Shown here: piece after piece, positions 41,760-52,484 of the stretch | Layout: every line of letters begins with the position of its first letter | Position numbering within the stretch: position 1 is the stretch's first letter | NCBI GenBank assembly: GCA_024346625.1 | Contig: AP024665.1 | Span: 1 to 64,000 of the forward strand | Direction: 5' to 3' | Length of the DNA: 64,000 nucleotides | DNA from: Williopsis jadinii | Taxonomy: Eukaryota | Notes under the pieces: model-generated | Told to the model about the DNA's origin: nothing | The model's input: only the letters and a program-made list of their open reading frames with translations | The model's database searches: none | Translations under genes and position numbers: made by a program

Positions 41760-42479
41760 CTATCTAAACATTAAACCATCTCTTTCGCCCTGGTGTCTCC
41801 ATTGCGAATTTGGTATCGAATCATTTTCAATTTGGTATAACCTCCAAGCCTCTCTTATGTGCTCTGGTTGTAAAGGTCCGTCCATCTGTACTTTCCTCAG
41901 ATCCAGCTTCTTCAACTCTTGCTTTATCGTATTGATCTTGTCTTGTACATCCTTGTTCTCCTCTTCATCATTCAGTAGGCTATTCTGCTTGTGTAGCTCA
42001 TCCAACAGCTCCCTCTTTTCGTTAAGTTTAATCAACAGAGCAGCTTTATCCATTCTTAACTTAACCTCACGTGCTTTCTCCACAATCTCACCAATGAACA
42101 GCTTGCCAACACCACCGAGTATAATGGCAACGTTTGGTGAAACACTCTGGTTGAGCACGGAATATGCCAGCTTCCTCAAATGCCCTCTCGTCAACGAGGA
42201 TCTCTTTAAAAACTCGTACCGTGACATCTGATCCGGTGAGAGATGGTCCATCAGCAGCCTGGTACGCTCCTCCTTGTCCAGCTCTTCCTCTGGCTCTTGT
42301 TGTTCCAACGGACCCCCATCGTCGTTTATCGAAACCTTTGTTGTTTGGTCAATATTGCCAAAGATCAGACTGAGCAGCTGCTCCGCTTCTTCCTCTATTA
42401 TCTCGCTGAAGTCGCTGTCGTTCTCAGACTCGTCCATAGGGACATCTGAAAGGTCCAGGTCGTCTTCTTCTGGCATCAT
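41760..42479 (-). CDS. TAF11: TFIID subunit 11
   Basis: QMSRYEFLKRS, GVGKLFIGEIVEKA, PLQPEHIREAWRLY. Confidence 0.93.
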   Translation of the reverse strand: MMPEEDDLDLSDVPMDESENDSDFSEIIEEEAEQLLSLIFGNIDQTTKVSINDDGGPLEQQEPEEELDKEERTRLLMDHLSPDQMSRYEFLKRSSLTRGHLRKLAYSVLNQSVSPNVAIILGGVGKLFIGEIVEKAREVKLRMDKAALLIKLNEKRELLDELHKQNSLLNDEEENKDVQDKINTIKQELKKLDLRKVQMDGPLQPEHIREAWRLYQIENDSIPNSQWRHQGERDGLMFR

Positions 42480-42708
42480 TCGTTGCAGACTGTGGTGATA
42501 GTTTGTTTGTATTCATACACAGTGGACTTTACGCTTTGTTTATGAGAGGTTGTCTATTAGTCACGTGACATACAGTATAAAGTTCATAAAAAGTACCGGA
42601 ATGCGGAACTTCCGGTAGTGGTGTTTGGATGTTCCATGAAGGTGTATAAATCACGTACAACTACAATGAGCAATGGGCTCTTGAAGGTATGGAACGATAC
42701 GGTTGTGC

Positions 42709-43479
42709 CTAGGCTGCGGGTCTCTGGATAACTGCGTACCAATTGTCTCTTTCGTATCCGTGTCTTATAACGATTCCACCAGCATCTGCCGCGTTTGACT
42801 CCAATTCACCCTTTTTGTAAAGGTGGTAATAGCGGTACTTCGTCTCAGGCTCTTTAGACTCCTCTTTAGACTCCTCTTTAGGCTCCTCTTTAGGCTCCTC
42901 TTTAGGCTCCTCGTTACTACCTGATGCAATCCTCTTCTTCTTCTGCTTCGGCTTCTTTGGTTGCTTCTTTTGCAAAACCCATGGAACCAGCACGTCCTGT
43001 GGATCGCCTTCTTTATAGCCTCTTCTCGAATTCTCCTGTTCTAAAGCCCACACGTAGATCAGTGCTTCTCCGCCCGGTTTCAGCTTACTCAGGATGTGTC
43101 GAATAGCATCTGTTCTCCTCTGCGGCGTGGAGAAGTGATGGATCACAGCTATGGAGATGGCAAAGTCAAACCGGCCCTCTGGATGCGGTAGCGACAGCCC
43201 ATCCGCAACCATAACCTCATGTCCAAACTCCCTCGCACACCCAATCAGGCCATCAGATCGGTCAGATCCAACTATGTACACGTCCTTGTTGACACCGAGG
43301 TATTTACCGTTACCACATCCAACGTCGATCCCCACGGTGCCCACTGCACGCTGTAAGAGGAACTCCTCCACAATGGGCCATGGCTTGTACCTCGTTTGCG
43401 AGAAGTGCGATGCAATCTCGTTGTACACAGTATGCACGTAAACCTGCTCCTGGCTCTGTGGATCTAAAGTCTCATCCAT
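42709..43479 (-). CDS. TRM9: tRNA wobble uridine carboxymethyltransferase
   Basis: YVHTVYNEIASHFSQTRYKPWP, DVGCGNGKY, ISIAVIHH, YVWALEQ, YERDNW. Contains a short 12-bp (EEPK/EESK) repeat. Confidence 0.96.
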   Translation of the reverse strand: MDETLDPQSQEQVYVHTVYNEIASHFSQTRYKPWPIVEEFLLQRAVGTVGIDVGCGNGKYLGVNKDVYIVGSDRSDGLIGCAREFGHEVMVADGLSLPHPEGRFDFAISIAVIHHFSTPQRRTDAIRHILSKLKPGGEALIYVWALEQENSRRGYKEGDPQDVLVPWVLQKKQPKKPKQKKKRIASGSNEEPKEEPKEEPKEESKEESKEPETKYRYYHLYKKGELESNAADAGGIVIRHGYERDNWYAVIQRPAA

Positions 43480-43722
43480 GGTGCTGTTCTCTTCAGTCCT
43501 AGGCTGCCCTCCTCAACCGTACGCTCTGCCTGCGTAGATGCTCCTAGGCTCATCTCCCTGCCAAAGAAAAAACTTTTCCCTCCGCCTAGGGGCTCCCCTC
43601 CCTCATCGCACACCGCTGGCGTTTTTCTGCCCCCGGCCGGGCAAAGCTCTCGAGAACAACAACATCAAAACGAGCTCCAGCAAAGGCAACAGAGCGTGCT
43701 AGCAAACTCAGAATCGACTGCC

Positions 43723-45216
43723 ATGGCCAGCGAACAAGTCACCAGGATCCTCGAGTCGGAGTCGTTGAAGTCGCTTACGCTCCGGAGATGGGTCATATGC
43801 TCCATTGTGGCTCTGTACGTGTTTGTAGGCGTTCCTCTATGGTTCAAGCTTACAGAGATCTACAGGGCACCACTGCCGTCCAACTTCATCAACCTTCTCC
43901 ACAGCCAGGGGAACATAGACATCCGGATCACCAACGAGGTGTATCTGGACGTGCTGGACGGATTGAAGTTCCCTGATTTGGCAGAGGCGATCCAGGTTCA
44001 GATCAACCACAGGCTGGAACAGGAGAGGGTGCAGTCGCCAATGAGCGTGCTGTGGAACGCGTCGGTGTTACAAACCAGTGAAGAGGTGCCATCAGATGCG
44101 TACGTGCTACACCTGGAGCTTGCTGACAACGAGGGCATATCGTTGGACGAGACTCAGAAGCATGCGACTCTGTTCTACACAATGGAGAGCGTGAAGAATA
44201 ACGATCTGCCGTTCTTTGCTACGCAGGCAATACTGGACCATATCTTCGCCACTGAAAGACGACTGCTGACGCCGCATAAGCACGGTATCAACTCGCTGAG
44301 ATACTCGCCAAAGGTCCACCTTTCGTTTAAGCTCTTAACAGGCGACGGTTATCCACTGGACTGGGAGATTGCGCAGGCCATTGACGAATACTTCACGCCG
44401 TTGATCCAAGAGTTCAAGACCTTTATCAATTTCACCATTGATTCAGAGATCAAGTACTTTGCACAGCTGAACCTGCCTGAAGGTGACGAGCTGACACTCA
44501 CGGATGCGTCCCTTTCTACGGTTATGGACTTTGCAGAGTGGGATATCTCCTCGAATCAGTTCTCCTACCCAACATTGAACTTTGTGCTTTATTACCCTTC
44601 AGTGGAGCAGTCGCCACTAGCGTTCCACGATAATACCATTGGCTCGTTACACTCCTACCTGATCCCACAATGGGGGTCCGTGGTGCTCATGGAGAACTCC
44701 ATAGATGCAAACACAGTCATTTCCAAGCAGAGCTTGGGCCCATTGTTGGAGGTATTCACCTCTGAGTTATTCAAACTGCTGGGGATCCCAACTGATCCAA
44801 AGACCCCACAGATAAGAGTCGATGCCATGAAGAAGTACTCAATCCTCGAAAACATTGACCGTGGAGTTGATTCGCTTGTGTCGTTGCTCAAGTTGAGTGA
44901 ATCTTTACCTGACATGTCGATCCCTAAGACGGTGTTGGACAACGTCAAGATGGCACTGAGCTCCCGGCAGTCTGCAGTGGATAAGTTGAACCTCCAAAAC
45001 GATTTCAACGGGGCACTTGTTGACTCAATCTCGATGGTTGAGCATAGCGAGAGAGCATTCTTCGATAGAGAAATGGTGCAACAGACGTTCTTCCCTCAGG
45101 AGCACAAGATTGCTGTGTACATGCCACTAATTGGACCAATGACCTTGATCTGTGTCCTGGCTTTGCTAAGAACGCTCAAAGAGGTGAGACTCTACAACAA
45201 GAAGTACTATGAATAA
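43723..45216 (+). CDS. GPI17: GPI transamidase subunit PIG-S
   Basis: GVPLWFKLTEIYRAPLP, LNFVLYYP, IPQWG, SERAFFD, FFPQEHKIAVYMPL. Confidence 0.93.
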   Translation: MASEQVTRILESESLKSLTLRRWVICSIVALYVFVGVPLWFKLTEIYRAPLPSNFINLLHSQGNIDIRITNEVYLDVLDGLKFPDLAEAIQVQINHRLEQERVQSPMSVLWNASVLQTSEEVPSDAYVLHLELADNEGISLDETQKHATLFYTMESVKNNDLPFFATQAILDHIFATERRLLTPHKHGINSLRYSPKVHLSFKLLTGDGYPLDWEIAQAIDEYFTPLIQEFKTFINFTIDSEIKYFAQLNLPEGDELTLTDASLSTVMDFAEWDISSNQFSYPTLNFVLYYPSVEQSPLAFHDNTIGSLHSYLIPQWGSVVLMENSIDANTVISKQSLGPLLEVFTSELFKLLGIPTDPKTPQIRVDAMKKYSILENIDRGVDSLVSLLKLSESLPDMSIPKTVLDNVKMALSSRQSAVDKLNLQNDFNGALVDSISMVEHSERAFFDREMVQQTFFPQEHKIAVYMPLIGPMTLICVLALLRTLKEVRLYNKKYYE

Positions 45217-45280
45217 GGGCCCTTTGCCCTTCCATCGCATAGGTATCGGAGAGTATATAACAGCCCTGTCTGCGCTTTCT

Positions 45281-45910
45281 TTAGCTGAATACACGTCCCA
45301 CACCACGGCACACAGGGCATAGATCCTCATCTATAAGCATCACGGAGACCCTCCCCGTGCCACGACACCTTCCACACAGGTATCCTCCTATCGACGGGTC
45401 TCCCGGCCTCACATACCTTGGTGCCACCGGCTGTTGCATCACGGGCTGTTGCACCATCGGTACGTACTGGGGCCCATACCCATTGGTCACCGTGAAGTCA
45501 TCGTGCACCCTATAGTTCGTAAACGGAATCCTCATCCCAGGGTCCACGTATCCCGTCGTATTGATAACACTCGGTTGATGTGCAAACCTCTCCCAGCACT
45601 TCTTACACGACTTGCCATTCTTCACTTTATAGCCTGTGTTGTGGCACTTCACACACCAGTACCCCTCGGGATACGTCCAGGGAAGCTTGGGCCCTGAGGG
45701 TCTCGGTGGCCGTTGCTGTTGCTGTTGCTGTTGCTGCTGTGTGCCATAAGATGAACTCGCTTGATAAGGCTCGGCTGGAGGTCTTGCCGGTGGTCTTGCT
45801 GGCGGCCTACTCGACGGCGACGAGTACCCGCTGCTTGCACCATCTTCAAGCGAATATGGTGGTGGCGGATCTAGAGGCTCGTTCTTGTAACCCGGCTGCT
45901 GTTTGCCCAT
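45281..45910 (-). CDS. HUA1: Proline-rich zinc-finger protein, Hua1-like
   Basis: PPPPY, LPWTYP...CVKCHNTGYK...CKKCW, PGDPSIGG..CGRCRGTG...CPVCRGVGR. Confidence 0.85.
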   Translation of the reverse strand: MGKQQPGYKNEPLDPPPPYSLEDGASSGYSSPSSRPPARPPARPPAEPYQASSSYGTQQQQQQQQQRPPRPSGPKLPWTYPEGYWCVKCHNTGYKVKNGKSCKKCWERFAHQPSVINTTGYVDPGMRIPFTNYRVHDDFTVTNGYGPQYVPMVQQPVMQQPVAPRYVRPGDPSIGGYLCGRCRGTGRVSVMLIDEDLCPVCRGVGRVFS

Positions 45911-46122
45911 TATTTGGTTCCTTGTAGGCTGTTTCCTGTGCGCTGGTGATGTTGGTGGCACGGTTAAAGGTGTAAAAGTACCCGGGGCTTTTTCACGCTT
46001 TCTCCTTCTACACGCCCACTAGGATTTATCCAATACACGCAATAACGGCGCTCTTGGCCCAGAATCGTTGCTATAAACACATCACATCACGGCCTAATCT
46101 ACGCGACTGGGAGCTTCACGCC

Positions 46123-47412
46123 ATGTCATTGTTACTGCTGAACATCCCGCGTGCTCTGGGAAGGCGTTGTGTATCGCCAAAGAGGTTCAATTCATCGCTG
46201 GTTCCAAAGAAGAACGAGTTACAGGAGCTCATCACAAAGGTGATTGGCTTCACGGGCCCGTTGCCCCTGTCACAGTTCATGAGACAGTGTCTGACACATC
46301 CAACGCTGGGGTACTATACGTCCAGAGACCCCTTGGGGGCGCAAGGTGACTTTGTCACGTCGCCAGAGATCTCGCAGATGTTTGGTGAGCTCATCGGAGT
46401 ATGGTTCTACTCGGTCTGGAATCAGCAGAGGTGCCCTTCGAACGTCAACATGGTTGAGTTTGGGCCAGGAAGAGGAACGCTGATGTATGACGTTATGAGC
46501 AGCTTCACCAAGCTCGTGAAGAGAAGACACGGCGATGATTCCCTGAGCTTGAACCTGATTATGGTTGAGGCATCACATGTCCTTAGACAGAAGCAGGCGT
46601 CGATACTGGGGGACTCTGACGTGGATGCCACTGGTGAGTACTGGAAGGGTAAGTCCAGATTCGGGCTGAACAACTCTATCACGTGGGTTGATACGGAGAG
46701 GGATGTCTATGAGGTTATAGACATGAAGAGAGATACAAACTTCATCATTGCCCATGAGTTTTTCGATGCGTTGCCTATAAATCAGTACCAGAAGACGGAG
46801 GAAGGCTGGCGAGAGATCCTCGTGGACGTACACCCGGATACAAAGGAATTTGTTTTGGTGAAACAGGCTAAGCACACGTCTGCCTGTGCTATTCCAGAGT
46901 CTCAGGAACGTTATAACAACGTTAGCTTGAACACCACCGTGGAGATATCGCCAGAGTCCTATCAATACTCTAAGGTCATTGCAGACCTCATCTCGATAAA
47001 TTCACGGGGAACAGGGGCTGCTCTGATTGTAGACTATGGCACTTTGAACGAGGTTCCTGAGAATACGCTAAGAGGTATTAAGGATCACAAGTTCACAAGT
47101 CCTTTCAAGGATCTTGGTGAGGTTGATCTCTCCGTGGATGTTGACTTTCAAGCAATTGCCCATGCTGCAAGGGACTCTCATGAGGTGGAAATCCTAGGTC
47201 CTATTGAACAAGGTGATTTCCTACATAACATGGGCATCACACATCGTGTGAAGCAGCTCTGCAAAAGAGCCCATGATGAAGCTACAGAGCACAACATTGA
47301 AAAGGCTTACCATAGATTAGTAGATAAGGATTCAGAGGGCATGGGTAAGATCTATAAGTTTATGGGGATTTTACCAAAGGGTTATACCACATCAATGGGA
47401 TTCAATCAATGA
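46123..47412 (+). CDS. Mitochondrial arginine methyltransferase NDUFAF7/MidA (complex I assembly)
   Basis: FMRQCLTHP..GYY, GDFVTSPEISQMFGEL, VEFGPGRGTLM, AHEFFDALP, DLSVDVDF, MGKIYK. Confidence 0.93.
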   Translation: MSLLLLNIPRALGRRCVSPKRFNSSLVPKKNELQELITKVIGFTGPLPLSQFMRQCLTHPTLGYYTSRDPLGAQGDFVTSPEISQMFGELIGVWFYSVWNQQRCPSNVNMVEFGPGRGTLMYDVMSSFTKLVKRRHGDDSLSLNLIMVEASHVLRQKQASILGDSDVDATGEYWKGKSRFGLNNSITWVDTERDVYEVIDMKRDTNFIIAHEFFDALPINQYQKTEEGWREILVDVHPDTKEFVLVKQAKHTSACAIPESQERYNNVSLNTTVEISPESYQYSKVIADLISINSRGTGAALIVDYGTLNEVPENTLRGIKDHKFTSPFKDLGEVDLSVDVDFQAIAHAARDSHEVEILGPIEQGDFLHNMGITHRVKQLCKRAHDEATEHNIEKAYHRLVDKDSEGMGKIYKFMGILPKGYTTSMGFNQ

Positions 47413-47725
47413 GACTCTCCCCGTTCCACCATACTCCAGCAGTGCAATCAGGTTTCTACGAGCCACAGTTCACCTATTTATTCAATAAATTCATGTACAT
47501 AAGTTACCGTTATTGACCACATCCATTGTTATCACCCAATATGGTAAGAAGTGGTATACGTAGAAACTCATAAACTTGAAACCGAAAAACAGCTGCAGCT
47601 TGAGGTCTTGAGGCTTCAGGGACTCTATAAATGATCAATTGTCCGTGGTCTTGTCCTTCTAGTGGTTGTATCTATTGAACTTTCCTCAATAATTAAAGGA
47701 ACGAGCACCGATAAAGTATACACTT

Positions 47726-50700
47726 ATGTCCGGCATCAAGACCTTACATCACGATCTCTTAGTACCACTAGCGCACTCTACAAGAAGCCATAGGCTTATA
47801 GTACTACCCAATGGGATACTCACACTGTTAATATCAGATCCCACCGAGGATTTGGCGTCAGCAGCCGTCTGTGTTGCTGCTGGTGCTCATAATGACCCTG
47901 ATGAAGTCCCCGGGTTGGCTCATTTCTGTGAGCATCTCATACTGCTTGGTTCAAAGGGCTTTCCAGGTTGTAACGAGTTCCACAGCCTGTTGTCCAAAGC
48001 TGGTGGGCGTCGTAATGCGTTCACCACTGGTGAACAGACATGTTTCTTCTTTGAGGTTCCATCTGATTCTGTCTATCAGGAGAATAAACCTCTCTTTAAC
48101 CATCTGATTGCGATGTTGGCAGACGCTATGGTTTCACCATTATTCCCTGAAGCGATGTTTGAAAAGGAAGTGTATGCTATCGATGATGAGCATTCAGCGA
48201 ATGTCAATAAGACAGGAAGGGCCATGTACCATGGTGTTCGTCTTCTTGCAAACTACAGGCATCCGTTTAGCAGATTTGCAACTGGTAACTTCTTTACCTT
48301 GAACGACATACCAAAGATCAACAAAGTTAACGTCAAGGATCAACTAAAAAGATTCCATTCTCAGAATTTCATTGCTGATAAGATGACTTTGGTCATTAGA
48401 GGCTCACAATCTCTGAATCTATTACAAAAGCTGGCACTTAGCTTTAGTAACATCAAGACGTTGTCGGAAGTTGATTCAAAGAAGTCAAAATTGAATATCT
48501 TTGGTAAGTCAAATTCACCATATCAACATAGACCACTGGATAAAGATTTAGAGCAATTCAATGTATTGTCTTCATGGAAGTATAGTTCATCCATTTTTAC
48601 CAGTGAAGAGAGGCATTTGGCTATTTTAATGGACTCAGAGAAAGCCCCAACTGTCAGGCTCATCTTCCCCTTCAATTCCAATATTCCACAAGCTGACAAC
48701 CTCCAGCGTGTTTGGTGTAATATCCTCGGTGATGAAGGTCCAGGTTCGCTTCATGATGGCTTGAATACTAGAGGTTTGTCTATTGGTGTCTCTGCTTTCA
48801 CGCAAAGGTTGTCAAAGGACGAAAGTGTCCTAGTGCTGGAGATCAAGCTGACCAATACAGGAGCTCAGAATATCTTCAAAGTGATTGCAACAGTTCTAGG
48901 GAGCTACAAAGACAGCATCTTGTCCAATGCCAAAGATCTCGAAAGATATATCTTTGAATTAGAGTCGATGGATAAGCTGAGCTACATTCATCAAGATCTC
49001 CACAAGTCCACGATGGATGAAGCCAGCCAATTTGCTCAAAATTTACAAAATGATATAGCCATTTTAGGTGCTAAAAACATATTAAAAGGTACTCAGAATT
49101 GGCAATCTTCTAGCACAAAGGATAAGCTATGGGCGGACGTGGCTTCACAGTTTGTCTCGTTTGTTGAACGATACCTGAACCAAGATAACTTGAGGTTTGT
49201 GCTAATGGCCAGCGAGAAAATAAATCGGTCTGTTTCATCGTCGTGTGGACTCTTGGAATCATCAAAGGATCAATATTTCACCTTTACGTATCGTAAGGTC
49301 AAATTCAATCCAATAGAGATTTCAGAAGAATACTCTACTCTAAGATTCAACTTGCCTAAACCAAACATTTATATTCCAACCTTTGCTATGGACCATGATA
49401 TACTTAATTCGATTTTGAGACAAAGTGCTGCCAAGTCCTCTCAGGCTTCATTATCATTGACAACAAAGGCAAAATGGCTAGAGACTGAAGCAAAATTGAT
49501 AAGTTTGAGCAATACATTTGAGCTTTGGACCAAATTGGAGACATCAGAGTCTTTCAAATCAAAAACATTTATCTCTTTTGACTTAGTTGCATGTTCTGTT
49601 GATCCATCTCCTCTAAACACAATGCACTGTGAAGTATTTGTCGAGCTGCTAAAGCTAAAGATCTCACAATTGCTTTATCACTCTGAGCTGTTAGATTACA
49701 CCTGGGAAATACATGCTTCTATCAAAGGCGATGCAAGATTTGGTGTCACAATTACTGGTTTTACTGATGGTGTTAAACTTATGCTGAATAATATTGTTGA
49801 ACATTTTAAAGACATTGTTGAAGGGCATTCCTTCACAGCTGATGACTTCAGGCATGCTAGAGTCGCCGTGAGGTCGAGGTATAGTGATCTTGAACAGGAT
49901 AGCTCATTAGCACATGCTTTGACAGGCTTATTAGTGGTTATGGAGGAAAACGTATGGACTATGGAGGATCGTTTTGATGCATTGGATGATTTAGACGCTG
50001 AGACGTTTAAACAATTCCTTGTCCAGTTCTCGTCTAGCTCAAAGTTTCTGAGACTATTCGTCCATGGTGATTTACACTCAACTGATGATATTATTGCCTC
50101 TATCAATCAAATAAGTCATCATTCAAATCCTCAAGCCTCATTCAATCACATTGAGCCGTCTACTGTGAAGTTGAATCCTGGTAAAACTTTTACAATTTCA
50201 AGGAAGGGACCAAAGAGCGATCCCACAAACTCCATCTGTTTGTTTATTCAAACAGGCCCACGCTCGGACAGTTATACCAAACTCGTCACCCGATTATGTG
50301 CTTATTTGATGTCATTAACATTAGTTCCAGATCTTAGATTCAAGAAACAATTGGGATATGTTGTTCTTGGGGGAACCAGAATCTTGAGAACCACAGTGGG
50401 AATTCACATCACCATAATGAGTTCCACATTCTCCTCGAAATATCTTCAGAGACAAATTGATGAATACCTATCATCCTGGGAAAAAACAATCAGTGATTTA
50501 AGTACAGAGTCATTTCAAAGCGATGTTGTTGACCCATTTTTGAAGACATTGTCCAACAAACTGGATGAAAGTGGGGGACCAGAGAGCTTGACATCTGAGA
50601 TGAAACCGAGTGTTGGAAGCTCCAACTGTGCCTTTAGTGGTGATTGCGTCAAGTTTCACCGCAAGATCAGAGACGATATCTTCAGTGAAGACTATGACAT

Positions 50701-51184
50701 CTCCTTGCACCAATCTTCTGTGCAACGTTTGAAACTTTTAACAAAGTCTGATCTTTTGAGATTTATATCTGAGTTCATAAGTCCTAGATCTCCGTCACGT
50801 GCCAGTCTAAGCGTGTTAATCGACTCTCCGCTCTCGCCAGAAGAATCAAGAAAGCAAATCTTGATATTACATCTAGAGGTCTTTTTGAAGATGAAAGGAT
50901 TAAGAATATCCCATAATAAGCTCCAGGATATTGTTGAAACAAGCAACGGGACTCCAGTACATCTCATGAAAGGTCTATTCAAGCACTTTGTTGGACAAGG
51001 TGAAAGTATGAGACTATGTACTGTTGTTCTCAAAGAAGCAGTTAAACAAATTTTTGAAGGCTTAAAGAGTGGAGGAAGCCAAAGGTCAGAGGAAATTAGT
51101 TCTAATGGTGATCACATATCAATCACAGATATACCATCATTTCAGAGTGAACAAGGCATTATACGTAAGACCAATCATTTATAG
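47726..51184 (+). CDS. AXL1: Insulysin-family (M16) metalloprotease
   Basis: PGLAHFCEH inverted zinc motif, NAFTTGEQT, HPFSRFATGN, LRFKKQLGYVV. Confidence 0.82.
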   Translation: MSGIKTLHHDLLVPLAHSTRSHRLIVLPNGILTLLISDPTEDLASAAVCVAAGAHNDPDEVPGLAHFCEHLILLGSKGFPGCNEFHSLLSKAGGRRNAFTTGEQTCFFFEVPSDSVYQENKPLFNHLIAMLADAMVSPLFPEAMFEKEVYAIDDEHSANVNKTGRAMYHGVRLLANYRHPFSRFATGNFFTLNDIPKINKVNVKDQLKRFHSQNFIADKMTLVIRGSQSLNLLQKLALSFSNIKTLSEVDSKKSKLNIFGKSNSPYQHRPLDKDLEQFNVLSSWKYSSSIFTSEERHLAILMDSEKAPTVRLIFPFNSNIPQADNLQRVWCNILGDEGPGSLHDGLNTRGLSIGVSAFTQRLSKDESVLVLEIKLTNTGAQNIFKVIATVLGSYKDSILSNAKDLERYIFELESMDKLSYIHQDLHKSTMDEASQFAQNLQNDIAILGAKNILKGTQNWQSSSTKDKLWADVASQFVSFVERYLNQDNLRFVLMASEKINRSVSSSCGLLESSKDQYFTFTYRKVKFNPIEISEEYSTLRFNLPKPNIYIPTFAMDHDILNSILRQSAAKSSQASLSLTTKAKWLETEAKLISLSNTFELWTKLETSESFKSKTFISFDLVACSVDPSPLNTMHCEVFVELLKLKISQLLYHSELLDYTWEIHASIKGDARFGVTITGFTDGVKLMLNNIVEHFKDIVEGHSFTADDFRHARVAVRSRYSDLEQDSSLAHALTGLLVVMEENVWTMEDRFDALDDLDAETFKQFLVQFSSSSKFLRLFVHGDLHSTDDIIASINQISHHSNPQASFNHIEPSTVKLNPGKTFTISRKGPKSDPTNSICLFIQTGPRSDSYTKLVTRLCAYLMSLTLVPDLRFKKQLGYVVLGGTRILRTTVGIHITIMSSTFSSKYLQRQIDEYLSSWEKTISDLSTESFQSDVVDPFLKTLSNKLDESGGPESLTSEMKPSVGSSNCAFSGDCVKFHRKIRDDIFSEDYDISLHQSSVQRLKLLTKSDLLRFISEFISPRSPSRASLSVLIDSPLSPEESRKQILILHLEVFLKMKGLRISHNKLQDIVETSNGTPVHLMKGLFKHFVGQGESMRLCTVVLKEAVKQIFEGLKSGGSQRSEEISSNGDHISITDIPSFQSEQGIIRKTNHL

Positions 51185-52484
51185 GGATGTTTCTTTTTAT
51201 ACATTAATACACAGCGTGCATCTCATGCTAGTCTCTATAGCTTCAAGTCTTGTATGCCCATTTCAGCAGCTTGGAATGGAGAGATAGTTCTATCGAAGAC
51301 CCAAAGACTCTGGAGTGGTACATACACGCTATATGGATAGTGGAAGACCATCCGGACATTCGTATACACATTGGGCTTTTGTTAGCCTAAGTAGTTATTG
51401 GTTTAAACCTCTTGAACAACCTGATCAAGTAGTTCATTTGATAGAGTAAAGAAGTTTGAAATGTGAATGTTTGAAATAATCGTTAATCGTGTAACTATAA
51501 CTAATTTTAGTAGATTTTAGAGGCTTTTATACTAAATATTGTTTATTAGATTTTATCAGAATAAATCCAGTCCACAGTAAAGTTAGAAAAGAAGAATTCA
51601 TTTTGAAAAGATATATTTTGGTTTCATAAAGGGTTAAACAAAAAACCAGGGTTTTATTGAACAATAAAGTACATAGTTCATATAAATTCAGCTGTGTTGA
51701 AGCTTCGTTACATTTAAGTTACTCAGCTAATTGGTGTGTCAAACTATGTGTGTCCGGATGTTTTTCCTTGATACCACCAACGTACAAAAGTAAAAGTAAG
51801 TTTTCAGCTGATGAAAGACCTCTTGGAGTTACCGATATAGATGATAATCATTGTTCAAAGTATAGTACAAATCACTGTACACTTACCTCCAAGGCCGAAT
51901 TTGCTTATTATTTCACTGCAAAGCTTTGAGCCAAACATTCATGAAAGATTGACCTATCACAGCACACACATTACCAAGCGATATGATTAATGTCCGGATG
52001 TGTTATGACACAATCGGAGTTGTCGCAGAAAGTTTCCGTCATCTATGAAACCACAGCGAAGCACACTTACAGCGACGAATCGAATTGTTACTCAATGAGT
52101 CTTATTGGTTTCCCAGTAAACAAGTCGACATTTCGCATTATTCTCAGATCTCAATTGTTTGCAGACGCATGGGTTCATGAACAAAGCTCTTAGTCGAATT
52201 GGGCAATTAGTAACTGTAAGATGCGTGGTCCTTGATCGATTAGTCCAGCTTGTAGCGAAGAACTGCAAACCAAACACTACAACTAACATATGTAACATAT
52301 CTGAAGAGACTCTATCAAGATTCTAATTATGATATAGGTACAGATAAGAATATACCTCTGAAGACACGTTCATAAACAAGAAACCAATGTCAATGATTGC
52401 ATGGGTCTTTGACACCTCTATTACCTTTCCCTCCATTTCTCAAATTCACTTCCAACTTGGAATTGATCTATTCTATTCGTCTCC

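Noticed and set aside
51657..52298. Small ORFs, a spliced gene or telomerase RNA in the AXL1-GDT1 gap
   Set aside because: I could not build a coherent exon chain, and I saw no AGACACCC-type template in the intergenic regions.
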